A DNA stretch of 64,000 bases from Phoronis australis (Eukaryota; Animalia; Phoronida): the NCBI GenBank assembly GCA_002633005.1, contig NMRA01000190.1:62001-126000 (forward strand), given 5' to 3'. The position numbers and the translations under genes were made by a program. Shown in pieces: positions 25,901 through 38,600 of the stretch; position 1 is the first letter of the stretch; every line of letters begins with the position of its first letter. Under the pieces are notes generated by a model. The model did not search any database, was not told the DNA's origin, and was given only the letters and a program-made list of their open reading frames with translations.

Positions 25901-28900
25901 ACCATTTCTTTTGCCATATGTAAGTGCAGGTAACTATACGACTGAATTAGCCAATTGCTGACGTCACATTTACATGTAAGCAGCAGTGAAAACGAAATGC
26001 AAATTGAGGAAATTGATCTCATAGCTTTTGTTGTTTCTAATCTATTTAGACCAGTCCACCAGAGCCTCCTAGTGAGCAAACTGAGCAACCCGCGGCACAA
26101 GAAGAAGTAGTAGTTGTAAGAACACATTGATGTTTACTGTCTTTGGACTTGTTGCCTTAGTAAACGCTAACGCAGACACTATACCTTGTTTTCAGAGTCA
26201 CCTCTATAGCTCTCCTGCTATCACCATTTCACTCTCTCTGTCTTAATGTTTTGTGATGTCCACTAAACACATCCTGTCAGTGAGTGTTGATTACCTGTCA
26301 CAATCCTCTAAGTTAATGGATATTGATGTTCTTCACTTGATGGAGGTTAAAGGTCATAAAATTGTGTTTATAATGCTTGTTGTTCAGCACAATGCAAAAC
26401 CTTCCAGGACTTTTGGGGAAAGAATGCTCTGCACAGTGGTTGAATGTTTTGTTGTCATGTGTATTCAATCTGTCACAATGTCCTCGGGGTCAACTTCAAT
26501 AATGCTAGTGCCTCACTAGAAAAGCAAGATTTCACCAGATTCTGCAAAATGTCACTGTTGGAGTATGTGATTTTGGCTAAATTATTGTTGCCAAGAGACA
26601 GCTAGTAAACTCTACTCTGACATAGCCCTAGTGTCTGATGTCAAAGCAGGGTTAAGTTTTGCAGAGGCACGAATTTCACTAAGGAAGCTAAGGTGATTCA
26701 TGTGCTTTGCTTACAATACACAACAGTATCTCACGAAGTATTGCGTGATCTTTCGCGAAATCCTCACTTATACGGAACGCACTGCAGGCATTCGCAAAAG
26801 ACCTGTCATAGTAGGGAGAAAAAATTCTGCACTGCATTGAGTTACCGCCAGTGCTAATTTCTGTCTCGCACAATATTTTTTGTGAGAAAGTAAGGTGTAA
26901 AATTACGTCATTAATCTTGATGAAAAACGGGTTTAACAGCTTTGACCAAATATTTAACCAAGTACTAACTGTGTACCTTGAAGACAGCTTGGGTCATGAT
27001 CCTGAATATTGGAGACTGTATTTGTGATGCACATGGAAGCATTACAATCTTTGACATTCTACTGAATGCAAGGGTTTAGAATAACACTAGATCCAAAGTA
27101 TGTAATGCACAGATGTCTGCAAGCTGTTTCCACTCCCTCTATGCTAACCTAACAATGCACCCTGCATGAGTGGAGGTGAAATGCCACCATTACTCACTTG
27201 TTGCCACCAATGGCAACAGTTTGAAGATAATGCTTAGCCTGGGAAACCTTGTTTTTATGTGAACATTGTAGTACAATGAAAATGCTGATGAGTTAATGTT
27301 ATCTTTGTTTCAAATGGCCAACAGCAGTAACACTAAAGTTTTGACTGTGAAATATACACTGGGTTTTGGTTTTAAGCCGAATTTTACCCCGTTTTGCTGG
27401 CTGGAAAACGTAAATCGAATTAAACCATTTAATCTCATAAATTGCTCTCATGATATTCCTTACCATGATATGTTTCTGTTTCTAACAAGACCAGTGAAAC
27501 CAACGACGACTTTAGCAAATGCTTAAGATTTTATTGGCTTTGGCCAACTGTAAAATTGCAAAGTCGAAAGTGACACATTTACTCATTCTCGGCCTAGCTC
27601 AGTCGGCAACTATTCAACATCGCATGAGTGTGCTAATGATTTTAAACACCAAAGCGCTCTGGTTAAGAATTCAACGCTGACATCCAAACAGCGGAGAAGT
27701 GCCCCTTTAAATGTTCTCAGCTGTATCATCTAGGTAAAGTGCCGCAGCTCGTCTTATCAAATTTAAAGTATGTCAGAGATAGCATAACAGGATTTAGTGT
27801 ACCTGTTCTGTGAAACGTTATCAAATCCAGGTTTTATCTCTGACTAACTATCATCTCCAGGTAGGTTGTGTTTGTTCCTAGTCGGTGTTTACCATTGTGT
27901 GCTATTGAGCTCATCATGCTTGCCCTTTGTAGACACCAGCAGAGACCTCTGTTGAGCAGCCACCAGATGCAGAAGTTGCTACAGTAAGACTCTATGTTTG
28001 CACCTATGTTCAGCACCCCTGTCCAACCATCTGTTCATGTCTGTGGGTCTCTTCTCATTCCTTACACTGCGGTAGCTTTCAAAGCTTTAAGCTGCTCGTC
28101 TGGTCAAAAAACGAAATATACAGTTTGTTCTGGTCTTTACCTGACTAATAATGAGATGTGTTCTCACTGATGTAAGAAGGCGCCCACCCTCATCAATTTC
28201 GTCAGTGAAGTTCTGAAAGCTTTTGCAATCTTGTTGGCAGTTTCCACGGTGTGGTTTCCTAATTTGACAATTTAAACAAAACATGGATTTGAAAACTAAT
28301 TTGATGGGAATATATTAATAATCAAGGGTTGTAGTAACCTAAATGGACACCGATTAATCTTACATGTTGTTGTGTAGAATATGTTCAACTCTTCTTTTGC
28401 ACCACACAAGTTTGCATATTGGTTTATGCGTTTCACCTGCTCAATTTGTAAACATAGACTGATTTGTCTGACTTTTTGTTTCTCAAAGTTTTTTGAAATC
28501 ACAAATTGGAACTCTCAGCTCAGTCACATGTCTTAAGTTTAGTTCCATCTCTGTTAATTTGCATTTAACAACGTTTTGGTTTGTGTCATCGTTAATCATA
28601 GACAGCAGAGGCGACACCTGTATCATGTGCTAATCTTCTGGGGTTGGTATTCGAATGGTAAATTCTGGTACCTTTTGTACTGCCTAACTGTACAAAGGAG
28701 AATGCTTAACCATTAAAAAGCTTTTTAATGCATCCCTTTAATAAAATTCTTGGTGTTGTAAGTATTTTGGCAATGGTGTAGGAAGTGTGATATTGTAGAA
28801 TTCATGCTCTACGACACAAAGACCAAAAGCACATGCTGGCACTGCTGAAGTGAATGAGGAGGTGGCTTGTATACATAGCCACTGACCTGATCTGTTGGGA

Positions 28901-30051
28901 ATATACAGAGTTGGGACTTAACATCTGTGTGAACGCTGTATTCAGTTGTATTCGCATTCTTTGAAAACGAAGTGTAGAAAAGGCATTGAAGAAAGTAGGA
29001 TTTGTGGAATGGAGCGTTGTATTCCATTGAACAGTCGTAGACCAGGGTCTTTGTAATGCGATTGAACTGTGTACTGACGTCTATGTGGACAAATCAGGAT
29101 AAAAATGTTTACATACTGTGTCCTAAACTAAAGACTGTTTATGGTACTTGTGCATTGTACTCGCACCATGTTAACTGTCTTGTCCTCGTTTCCCCGTTTC
29201 ACATGAGCATAACTTGGCTGAAAATTACTAACATGGTCAGATTAGCGAGTGGGATTTCCGTGGAGTTATGTATAATGGTAAAATACTTGGACCATGCAAA
29301 CAGAAAGTCGTTTGTTTGATTATGAGATAACCAGCTGCTGCCCATGGTACCACAGGTTGTATCCTGAAACAGGGTGATGTCATATCACACTGAGGATGTT
29401 TGTTGTCATTTCAGCATTTGTTATTAGGAAACTGTCCCTCTCGTGTGTGTTAGCTTATCCACGAGAATGTATATCCTCCACTGGAAATTCCCCTTGTTGT
29501 GATTGTTGAAGATCACCTTTGGAGACACTGATGTTCCCTAATGTGAGTTGCAAGGATATTGTGCTTGTCTTGTCTTTCTTTCATTGATTAATGATGGCTG
29601 TTTGCCCCTACTCACTCTTGTTTTCTACTTCCAGAAGGAAGATGAAGATGACCATGTCTATGAGCAGGCTGATTTACCACCTCCTGAACCACAACCGACT
29701 GTAATCCAGGTGCCACCACCGGACCCCGAGCCGGAACCTGAACCTCCCAAGGAACCCGAACCGGAGCCCGAGCCCGAGCCGCCAAAGGAACCGGAGCCTG
29801 TACCGGAACCAGAACCACTGAAGGAACCCGAGCCAGAGCCACCGAAGGAACCCGAACCTGAACCGGCAAAAGAGGTCAAGGCCCCTGAGCCAGCCCCAGT
29901 TCCCGCACAGACCGGTGGTTCAGATGGTGGCTTGAATCTGCCCATGTCAGCTAAAGAAATGAGAGAACGTCTCACTCAGAAAAAAAAAGTGGACCCCAGG
30001 ACAAAAGGGGGCTCGTTTCAACACAAATACGAAGTCTTCCAACGCATGTGA
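16891..30051 (+). CDS. NHERF/EBP50 (SLC9A3R1/2, Drosophila Sip1)-like PDZ scaffold, 3' portion only (Pro/Glu-rich linker plus ERM-binding tail)
   Basis: Six phase-compatible GT-AG exons (16891-16988, 21743-21808, 24000-24053, 26050-26115, 27933-27983, 29635-30051). The C-terminus [39 protein letters not shown] resembles the recalled NHERF/Sip1 ERM-binding tail. No PDZ exon was recognised in 1-16890, so it lies upstream or in the N gap. Confidence 0.75.
17801..17836 (+). CDS. Candidate alternative terminal exon of the NHERF-like gene ([11 protein letters not shown])
   Basis: CAG acceptor at 17798-17800 preceded by a pyrimidine tract and TTAAC; in frame (phase 0) with exon 16891-16988; AATAAA at 19065-19070. 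Confidence 0.45.
   Translation, partial: DDGEDDDDEGV
19428..19930. mobile_element. hAT-like non-autonomous TIR element, 503 bp
   Basis: Perfect 13-bp TIR CAGGGCTTGGAAT / ATTCCAAGCCCTG, TTGTTT on both flanks, subterminal TTCCGC repeats. Confidence 0.85.
21743..21808 (+). CDS. NHERF-like cassette exon ([22 protein letters not shown])
   Basis: CTAAT branch-like motif, TTGTAG acceptor, GTAAGC donor, 66 nt, phase 0-0. Confidence 0.6.
24000..24053 (+). CDS. NHERF-like cassette exon ([18 protein letters not shown])
   Basis: CTTTTTGCTCCAG acceptor, GTAAGG donor, 54 nt, phase 0-0. Confidence 0.75.
26050..26115 (+). CDS. NHERF-like cassette exon ([22 protein letters not shown])
   Basis: CTAAT branch-like motif, TATTTAG acceptor, GTAAGA donor, 66 nt, phase 0-0. 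Confidence 0.72.
27933..27983 (+). CDS. NHERF-like cassette exon ([17 protein letters not shown])
   Basis: CCCTTTGTAG acceptor, GTAAGA donor, 51 nt, phase 0-0. Confidence 0.7.
29635..30051 (+). CDS. NHERF-like terminal exon: acidic stretch, (PE)n-PPKE repeats, ERM-binding tail
   Basis: TTTTCTACTTCCAG acceptor, open frame to TGA at 30049-30051 (ORF track 29548..30051). Confidence 0.88.
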   Translation, partial: KEDEDDHVYEQADLPPPEPQPTVIQVPPPDPEPEPEPPKEPEPEPEPEPPKEPEPVPEPEPLKEPEPEPPKEPEPEPAKEVKAPEPAPVPAQTGGSDGGLNLPMSAKEMRERLTQKKKVDPRTKGGSFQHKYEVFQRM

Positions 30052-30660
30052 ACATTCCAAACTTGACTGAAGACAACTTTGATCATTCGTATTACAAATC
30101 GCAACCTTTTGTAAAAACCTATCGCTGGAGAAATGTCGAACAAATAGTTTATTCTTTTCAGTCTCTTTCTTCCTCTTCTTCTGTAATGCGATGCATTTCT
30201 TTTACTGGACCGTGCAGATTCAAGTCATCAGTCTCCGCTTAATTTGTGATCGATAGAGCTGATAACTTGTTCTGCTGCCAATCGGTGAAATCGTTAAGTC
30301 CTATGGCAGTTCGTTGTGTTTTAGAGTTCACCTGCATAACAGAGTCTAGCTATACTACTAGCCAAGCTGTTACACCACACTAGTCTACTAATTGTATAAT
30401 GACACCGTCATCGTGAGATTAAATCATAGATGTCATGGATAATGGATGCTGTTTTGCTCCATCTATATTTTTCTACAGTAAGTGTAAATGAAGAGTGTAA
30501 AGAATGTTGATTTTGTTAGAATCGAGTTGTTGCCAGCCGGAGGTTGTGCAGAAAAAATGTACTTTGTGGCCTCATTTTGCTCCTACCACTCTCTGTTGCT
30601 TCTTGTAGTTTGGTTTGCTCAAGGTGTCTTATCCATTAAATGATGCTTGTTTGACACAAA

Positions 30661-31061
30661 AATAAAATAAAAATGTCTATATTGTTATATAATGTAAACA
30701 TGATTTTCAACATTAGAATTTGAGGTATGTTACACCAATATAGTTTTGCCATATAAGTGTCTATTAGGTTATTGGATATATAAAGCAAGGTACTGTATAT
30801 CAGAGGCAGTGTAATTCTATAGATTTCCATTGTAAGTATTACCAATGCAAGTTGTTTTCAGTGCTTGACAGATTATACACATAGTATTAGATACATTTGT
30901 TGATTTTTCTATTTATATCCAGGACGCGTCGTGTAATTGGTACAAATTCTGCATATATTATTAAACTCAGGCTTTATGAAGACTCTGTTTTTCCCTGTTG
31001 CTCACTTTGTGAAACTTAGAATCCATTAATACCTTATAACAGATTGTAACTTTCAAATAAA
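30661..31061 (+). promoter_or_regulatory. Candidate polyadenylation signals of the NHERF-like gene
   Basis: AATAAA at 30661 (overlapping pair) and at 31056, downstream of the stop in AT-rich UTR-like sequence. Confidence 0.45.
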
Positions 31062-32903
31062 TTATGTATTCACTGATTCCACACACCACCTTTGATCACT
31101 GTGATAAGTGTAACCCACCCCCATGCTTTTCACTAAGTGATTTACCTATTGAACATTTTATGCCAGTAGCAGATTCCCATTCATATCCAAGGAAAGGTTA
31201 CCCAAGTCCTCACTAATGCCATATTGACGTGATGTCATTAGGAATGCAAGCAGTGTTGCCGTTGGCAAATCCAGTTGTTACACTATTGTTGACAGTGAGC
31301 AACTGTTCGACAATCGCAATTAACCATGTCGATGTTTAACATTAGTCAACGTTCATTGGTTATTAAACCACTTGATATGCTTCCATGTTTCAAGCCACTT
31401 TATGTCTGATTTATACATCTATCACTCATTTCCGATATTCTGCACCACTTCAGACTAGTTTATTTTCCACCATAAGATATGGTTTCACCAACACAGATTG
31501 ATGTAATCACATTTTACGCCTTACTTACTGAACTAGCCAGATTCTAGATTCCTGATTTTGGTTTATAAACTGAAATTGTTCTGGTCAGTGGTTTGTATGT
31601 TTGATAAGACATGAAGGACAAAATGATCAACTCGTAAACATTTCGTCGAGTACTGTTACATATTGACAGTAATGTAAAAACCGGTAAATACCGATAGCTG
31701 TTTTAGGTCCTGAAAAACATGGCTACTAGAAGTTTGTTAAAAAAAACTTGTCATTCATTCTTCAATGGTTAAGTTGACTAGTTCCAACCGGTTTTGAGAA
31801 CTGGCGTGTTCTTCGGAAAACATTGAAAAGTACTGCGACTGCACAAAGTCTTGTTTGATATTGGAATATGGGTTTGCCCAAATTGGGTGAAAGCAGCACA
31901 TAGTTGAACAGATAGATATCGCAGCTAAGCGCAGGCTTGTACACGTAAATGTCGATGAAAATGATGTTAAATGGGCAGATCCAGGATTTTTTAAAACTGG
32001 TGAGATCAAGGATTTTTTTAAAAGGGTAGTCCAAGTCAACAATTTGAAAATTCTAGACTTGATATCGCTAAAATCGTGGGAAGATGAGGGTCTGGACCCC
32101 CTTGACACCCCTATGTTAAAATGACACCAATACGACAATATCAATATCTGACCACTAAGTTGACAGTTCTCAATGTAGCCGTAGTTTTAAAAAAAAAATA
32201 ATTTTCAACCTTCATGGTCCATTTTGAACCCATTTATGTAAGTGTATATGCTCTGATTATTGAAAAACCTAAATTCAAATTTTGCAACACAGCACAGTCG
32301 TTAATCACGTGACGGCCACTTCTGTCAAAATGTCATTTGTGCTTTGAATAAGAGTTCAACTTCGTAAAAATAAGCAACAGTATATGTTGTCCATGCACAT
32401 GGAACTGTACCTCACATTTTTGATTCATCAGCCATCAAAATCTTCGTTTTTGACGGTCGAGATCTATGGAAAGTTAAAAATCTGAGATGCTGTAACCTGA
32501 CAGACCATGAAATGAATGTGCAAATTTCAATTAAAAATCTACCTATAAGTATCCTATGGACAGCAACCTACGTTGAAGGCTGCTGAAAGTGCTGACAAAG
32601 AGACCTGATAATACGAACCTCCAGGAAGTTTTGACATCTTGAGTAACTCGCTAATTCGACTTGCAAACAATGCGTTCATAAGATGAATGTCATAAGTAAC
32701 AGTAGATTAAAAAAAGCTAGTTGCACAATAAACGTGAATGTAGTGTAATTAAAAAATATTTTAAGGACTTTTGATTGTTAGTAATTTTAAAAGTTAATCA
32801 GTTTTTTTGGTTGTGTTTCAAGATAAAGAGCACACTGAACATTTTGAACCGTTCCAAACAGATCTACCAATTCATCAACAATACAAGCTTTGTGAATGCA
32901 TAA

Positions 32904-33242
32904 TTTATTCCAGTACTTCTCATGAACAAAATTAGATTGAATTTTGGCTGAAATCTTGATCAGCTACTTCTACACAGCATAACAGAATTGACAATTCAGT
33001 AGGCCAACCGGTTGGGAATTATACCGGTACTAAGCACACTTAACCCAAGAGGTAGAGACACAGCACCTTCAGGTTAGGCTACACCATCTACTTGCCAGCT
33101 GTAATGTTCAAGAAGAGTCCAGACATAGGATCTGGAGCTCTGGCCAAGAGTGTTAATCCACTGAATTATTTTCCCATCCTTCCACTACTGAGACATTCCC
33201 AATCAAGATTCTAATCTACGGCTGCATCATCAGTCATTTATT
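32904..33242 (-). promoter_or_regulatory. Candidate polyadenylation signals of TGFBRAP1
   Basis: TTTATT on the plus strand at 32904 and 33237 (another at about 34804); the site used cannot be determined from sequence. Confidence 0.3.
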
Positions 33243-35544
33243 AAAACATTAAAGCACATACAAGCATTGCACAAAGACTTGTCATCCAAAGCACCTATTC
33301 CTTAAATTTAAAATCCCACACCCAGACTTGAGACCCACACAGCAAGCCTCTATTGTTAACCTTTTATCATTACTCACTCAAAGTGGTGACCTAACTTTTG
33401 AATTAGACCACTTGCCGCTTCAAAATTCGTGGCAACTCGTTCCTTATTCAATTGAGAAGTGATTTTTGATCTTCAGATTTGCTCAAGATCAGGCTCGGCA
33501 ACAAGCTATGACATGTCAAGAGCATCCTCTCTACCAATAATGAACTGTCTGTTTTTCCAAGCCCAGAACATCTACTGATTGACAAAAGAACAAATTTCAC
33601 CGTTTTTGTGACGGAAGATGAGTTTATAGACGAGTTACACTAAATGTTGCCATTCATGACGGTGGCATTTTGCCTCTGCTAAGATGTTGAATTCTTAACT
33701 GAACCGAGTAAAAGACCCAAATTGATGTTCTTTTCAGCTAAATGTGGCAAAATGCAGTTTAAATAAAGTGAAGTTGTCAAGTAAGGGAAGTGTAATGGCC
33801 ATGCAATGGTTCATAGAATGTTGCCAATGAAGAGCACAAACACACTCCGTCAAATTCGACAGTCATGGTAAACTACAGCAAACTCTTACAAATTTAGGAC
33901 AATGTATGGCAGATAAGTGAACTTTTTATCTGTGTCATAAAAAAGAAGTAGCAGCCTATAATCACATCAGGTCAAAGGTCAATACAACAGCAGTCTAGTC
34001 AGACAATGTTTTAACTCGGGGCATTCACAACTACGCGTTGAAACCTTTAGAAAATGAAGAGAACAATTAAGACGATTATTTTTGTCCAAAACAGGTGAGA
34101 TTTTAGTGTACCATGACGTGTTTCTGCTCTTTCATATTTATACAGCTGTCGGCCGGTGAACCATTCAGTTACTGTTCTTTGCACTAAAATAGATTAAATA
34201 CACACTTCTCGAAGACAAAGTCTATACTACAAACAACTTATATCGCGTCTTGTTATGACAGCTGTGGAATGCACGTACATGAAAGAGCCTAGTGACTATA
34301 TATACACAAGGAGTTCCAAATCGGGTGTTCTGTGCAATGAGCCCATCTATGTGGCCTGCACACACGATACAATACAGGTGTTTCACCACATGCAATCTTT
34401 TTATAGATGTGTAATTTAGGAAAAAGAAGCTACGCTTTTCATTTAAAGCAGATGTAAACTCACTTTCTTTACAAAAGCAACTTCTGATTCCGTCCTTTTA
34501 CCATTCTGAAATTGGTTCCAAATTGTTCCTTAGTAAAACTGAAGTGATTTCAGGCCATAGAAACAACTGTCTGTTTGATATAGCTTGAAAACAGTCTATA
34601 CAAATGGGTTGTAATGACTTGTCATTTTAGGCACTGAGTAAAGCCCCAAGGACTAACCAACTGTCAGCTCTTTTCAAACGCAGAAATCACTTTTCACCTG
34701 AGTAAGAAACAAGTTAAAACCAATTTTATAGCAGCAAGTGTTGTAAATCGAGAGTTCAATTTTTGGACGATAGCCGCTTTAAATATATTGTGAGCCAACA
34801 AGATTTATTGTTTGGTAGCTTGTCTTACAAGCATCCAGAACTACCATTCTACAACTTGTTCAACAACATTGGAAGATTAATTGTTACTGGAACATGATGG
34901 TGTTTAAGGGTACAAGACAACTATCTGAGTGTATGTGCACCACATCAAATACGCAAACCACTGAATCATCCAAATTAAACATAGGTTTGTTGAACTGCAC
35001 CATCTGATGAATAGGCAAAAAGTCATGCATGGAAATCACAATTTCAATCACATGAACATAATATATATAACCAGCACATGCATTGAATCATCAGCATGAA
35101 CCATGGAGCAATCACTAGAAATGTGTTATCACAGAGTGCAGCTTGGTCTTGTGATTCAGTATGTGGGATGGATGATTCTGTGGTTCTTACACATGGTTCA
35201 GTCGTTCAAGCAGATGGTTCAATGGCTCCAGTACTGCTGTTATTAAATGGTGGACACAAAATCTACAGCTGAAGTTACACATAGCCCACGTGGAGTGACT
35301 TAACACTCCACTGCTGTCTTCACTTTCATGCATCACAATACACATAGGGTGAGAACCACTCGGTGAAATCGTACGTGATAGCTAGCCCTATGTAAACGAA
35401 CAGAATTGCACGTTTCCCACTTAACACAAGACATGAAAATGAAAACAAAAACTTGGATTATGAGTAACATCAGCCTAAGCATGAACAAGACACCATTTTT
35501 AAATAACCTGACATTACAAACACAGATTAAAGTATGAAGAAAGG

Positions 35545-35692
35545 CTATGACGATTGTTTTTTCGTGTTGAATATTCGACCCGTCACTGGACAAACGTATC
35601 TATTTTTAGCACAATGTATATGAGTCACCTTGCCGTTGGGATATCGTACAAAAGTAGAGTCACTAAAAGACCGCTTGCACACAGCACACAAC
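35545..35692 (-). CDS. TGFBRAP1: TGFBRAP1 terminal exon 21 (LCAVCKRSFSDSTFVRYPNGKVTHIHCAKNRYVCPVTGRIFNTKKQSS*)
   Basis: GACAG acceptor, TAG stop at 35547-35545; CxxC...HxHC motif of the Vps39/Vps3 C-terminus. Confidence 0.94.
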
Positions 35693-38600
35693 CTGTCAAT
35701 AAATAAGAAGGGATTACGTTTGTCATGGAAACGAGCTAATCACAAGGTGAAGCCTCATTGTACACGCACCCTGTCGCGCTTAAAGGACCACACCCAAAAT
35801 GTCTGAATTTTCACTTTTAAACACACACGCTCGGCTTAAAACTATCCCCTATGTCTGTGCTAACGTTCAACGCACCCAAAACACACAGAACTCACTAACG
35901 GATAGTCAGTTTCAGCAGCAACTTGGGACATTTAGGCAGGAAAACACCCACACTTTTCTGAAGGCCACGTGAATTAGTTCTTTTGGGTCATGCGCATTCT
36001 AATGTTTTGGTACTAGTAAGGAAAAATAGTGAAGGCATTTGCTTGAGTGAATTGACCAGGTAATAGCCACCTCTAAAAAATTGTTAAATGTCCCTGCGCA
36101 AACACTTAATGCCCGCTACTACCCGATCTTTGTAATACCCAGTTGAAGCACCCTTAATAACTGTCAATGTGTAAGCGTATTTGTGATAAATGCTTCTGCC
36201 CTGACACAGCTTTGCGTTTACACAGAACAAGACGATCGCACACAAATTGCACCTCAAGAACACGGGTCGTACCAGTACCTTGTATCATAGTGTCAGTTTG
36301 TGCCACGTTCAGTTATGTTAGGTATACACTGTACTCATCTTGATAAACACCCACATTCGCTAGCCACCCAACTGAGAAATTTCCAAATTTTCAACTTTTC
36401 ACCACCCACGTTAAGCTTACTGTTGGCCATCCTCAATATAAACAATCAAAACTTCCTTGAAAGGCTCCCTGTCTCATGCAAATGTTGGCTCCCAAAATGT
36501 ACAAATAAACTCACTTATCATAGTGTGCCGAACAGTCAGTCTCAGTTGCACGCTATCTTATTAATAGATACCCACACACTCCCACTGTGTTTTATTTGAC
36601 TGTTTCACACGAATCCAACATTTAACCAAACTGAACACCCTCCCCGACTTTTCAAACATTTCGTTTCTAAACACCTAAGTATGCTCATCTTAATGCCCAT
36701 TCCTTATTTGTTCCCCAATTTAAAAGCCTTGGACATTAACCCGAGTAAATACAGCAACTGGCCAAGATTAGTAAGTAGATGGTAATCTCATTGTTTGTTT
36801 TGTTCATGCGATCTCAAATAGCATTGAACTGATTGTGCTTGTAACCAGACTTCTCCATTAAAGTTACATTGACCACTGCTAAGTAAGACAATAACCTTTG
36901 AACATCTTGTTTCACACACGGATGAATGTCAAATGTTTTGATTTAATTTTGCGATCCTCACAAGAAATCGAGTCTTGAAACGAGGCAAGTTAGCATTTCT
37001 TGTTTTCTACTGTGTTTAGAATGGAGCTCATGAGACTTACTTTTAACTTTATAAACCATTTCATTCTTTTTATCTAATTTTGAATTTGACCATTTTGTAC
37101 CCACCTATGCAGAACTCAACGTAACTAACAAACATACAGCCAGTGTACGGTTTGGGTCATGATACTGATACTCCAAACAACCCTTTTCTTATCAGGTTTA
37201 AATTTCAACCTCAGTAAAACCCGTCTGTTAATAAAACTTACTTGTCTTCAGAGACCACTGTGACCTGGCGTTGAATGTCGATCATTGACTTCTTTGTGAT
37301 TAGGTTTTCTCCCCTGGCCAACATTCGTTCAACCCTTGTTGTTCGTGTATTGTTGAGACTCTTGCGAATTGAGCTTTGTAGAAATGCTGACAGAAGTGTA
37401 ACAGACCAGTTCTCAGGAATCAACTGCAACACCTGAAAGGCAAAGACCAATGTTACAACTGGGAGATGAAAATCTAGCCACTAGTATGCCTACGTGCCTA
37501 CATTCAAAAACTTTCCAATATCGAACCCTTTTAAAAAAGTACAATGAGGTTTATTCCTGAAGTATTACAACTCAGTGAGCTATTTCCAAAATATAGTCAC
37601 CCTAACGCCCAATATCAGGAATTCACGATACCCTGAACGAAGAGTTTCTATTGGATGTGTCTCGTCCTGTCTGACTATTGCTGTGTCTGACATGTCTCAC
37701 CAGCTCAGTCGTTACAGCCATGTTCAGAATGCAGTTTGCAATGGATAAATTATTCCCATGTCAAGACAGGTAAAAACTTTCAAAAATAGCCTTGGACAAG
37801 GATCTAATTTGCATTCAGCTCAAATATAGAGCGAACAAACAAATAAGTTTTCACAATGTCATCGTTTGATGTACTGCTTGCAAGAACAAAATGCAGCATT
37901 GACACACATAAACACATCACACACTTTCTATACTGTAATTACGGTCAGTATAATATGCAAAAAACTACAAATCGAAACTTCTGGAACTTGCTCCAAAATA
38001 ATTTTTCCAACGTAGCAGAGCCCCTTGGCTCCTTTTGCTGGAGATTGATGATTGACTGGTTCCCACAAAAATTTGTCACCCTCTGCCGGTGTTCATAAAA
38101 TACTGCATGGCCCTGGACCATGAGTCATATAACTTAAATCTGAGTCATCCTTGCCTATTCAAAGAGTTCTTGGTTTTAACCCAGACAGCCTCTTTTACAC
38201 CTTACTTAAACCAACGACTTTCTCCGTCCAGTACAGTCACGTCCGCTGCCTCAAATGAGTGTCCCGTGTCACAAGGGTGACCAAACCCTGAGGAGTTTAA
38301 ACCACTGACAATACCTCACACTGCTGAGTCATGCACTTTCTGACCCGATGTCCAGTCTCTACAGTAAGTTCTAGAAGTTGTGATTGATAACATTTTCCCA
38401 CCCAATTATTCACCTGCCTTGATGAATGATAATGTCCATCGTCTTTATGGACAGTATACTGTATGAGAGCATGCTGAACAAAGCCTAATGGCGAGTTACG
38501 TCATTACTATACAGTCTTCTCACAGTAAGAATCCAGATACACTGACAAATTTGAGAGTAGATCACCAAGCAGCTATCAGCTGCCTTACGAGTGTCTATAT

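Noticed and set aside
29612-29975. Antisense Gly/Ser-rich and Val/Pro-rich ORFs
   Set aside because: Shadows of the Pro/Glu repeat exon on the plus strand.
20921-35800. Scattered TTAAAGG...CCTTTAA ends (about 20921, 22247, 27568-27710, 35780) suggesting Kolobok-type MITEs
   Set aside because: Too degenerate to pair termini or set boundaries by eye.
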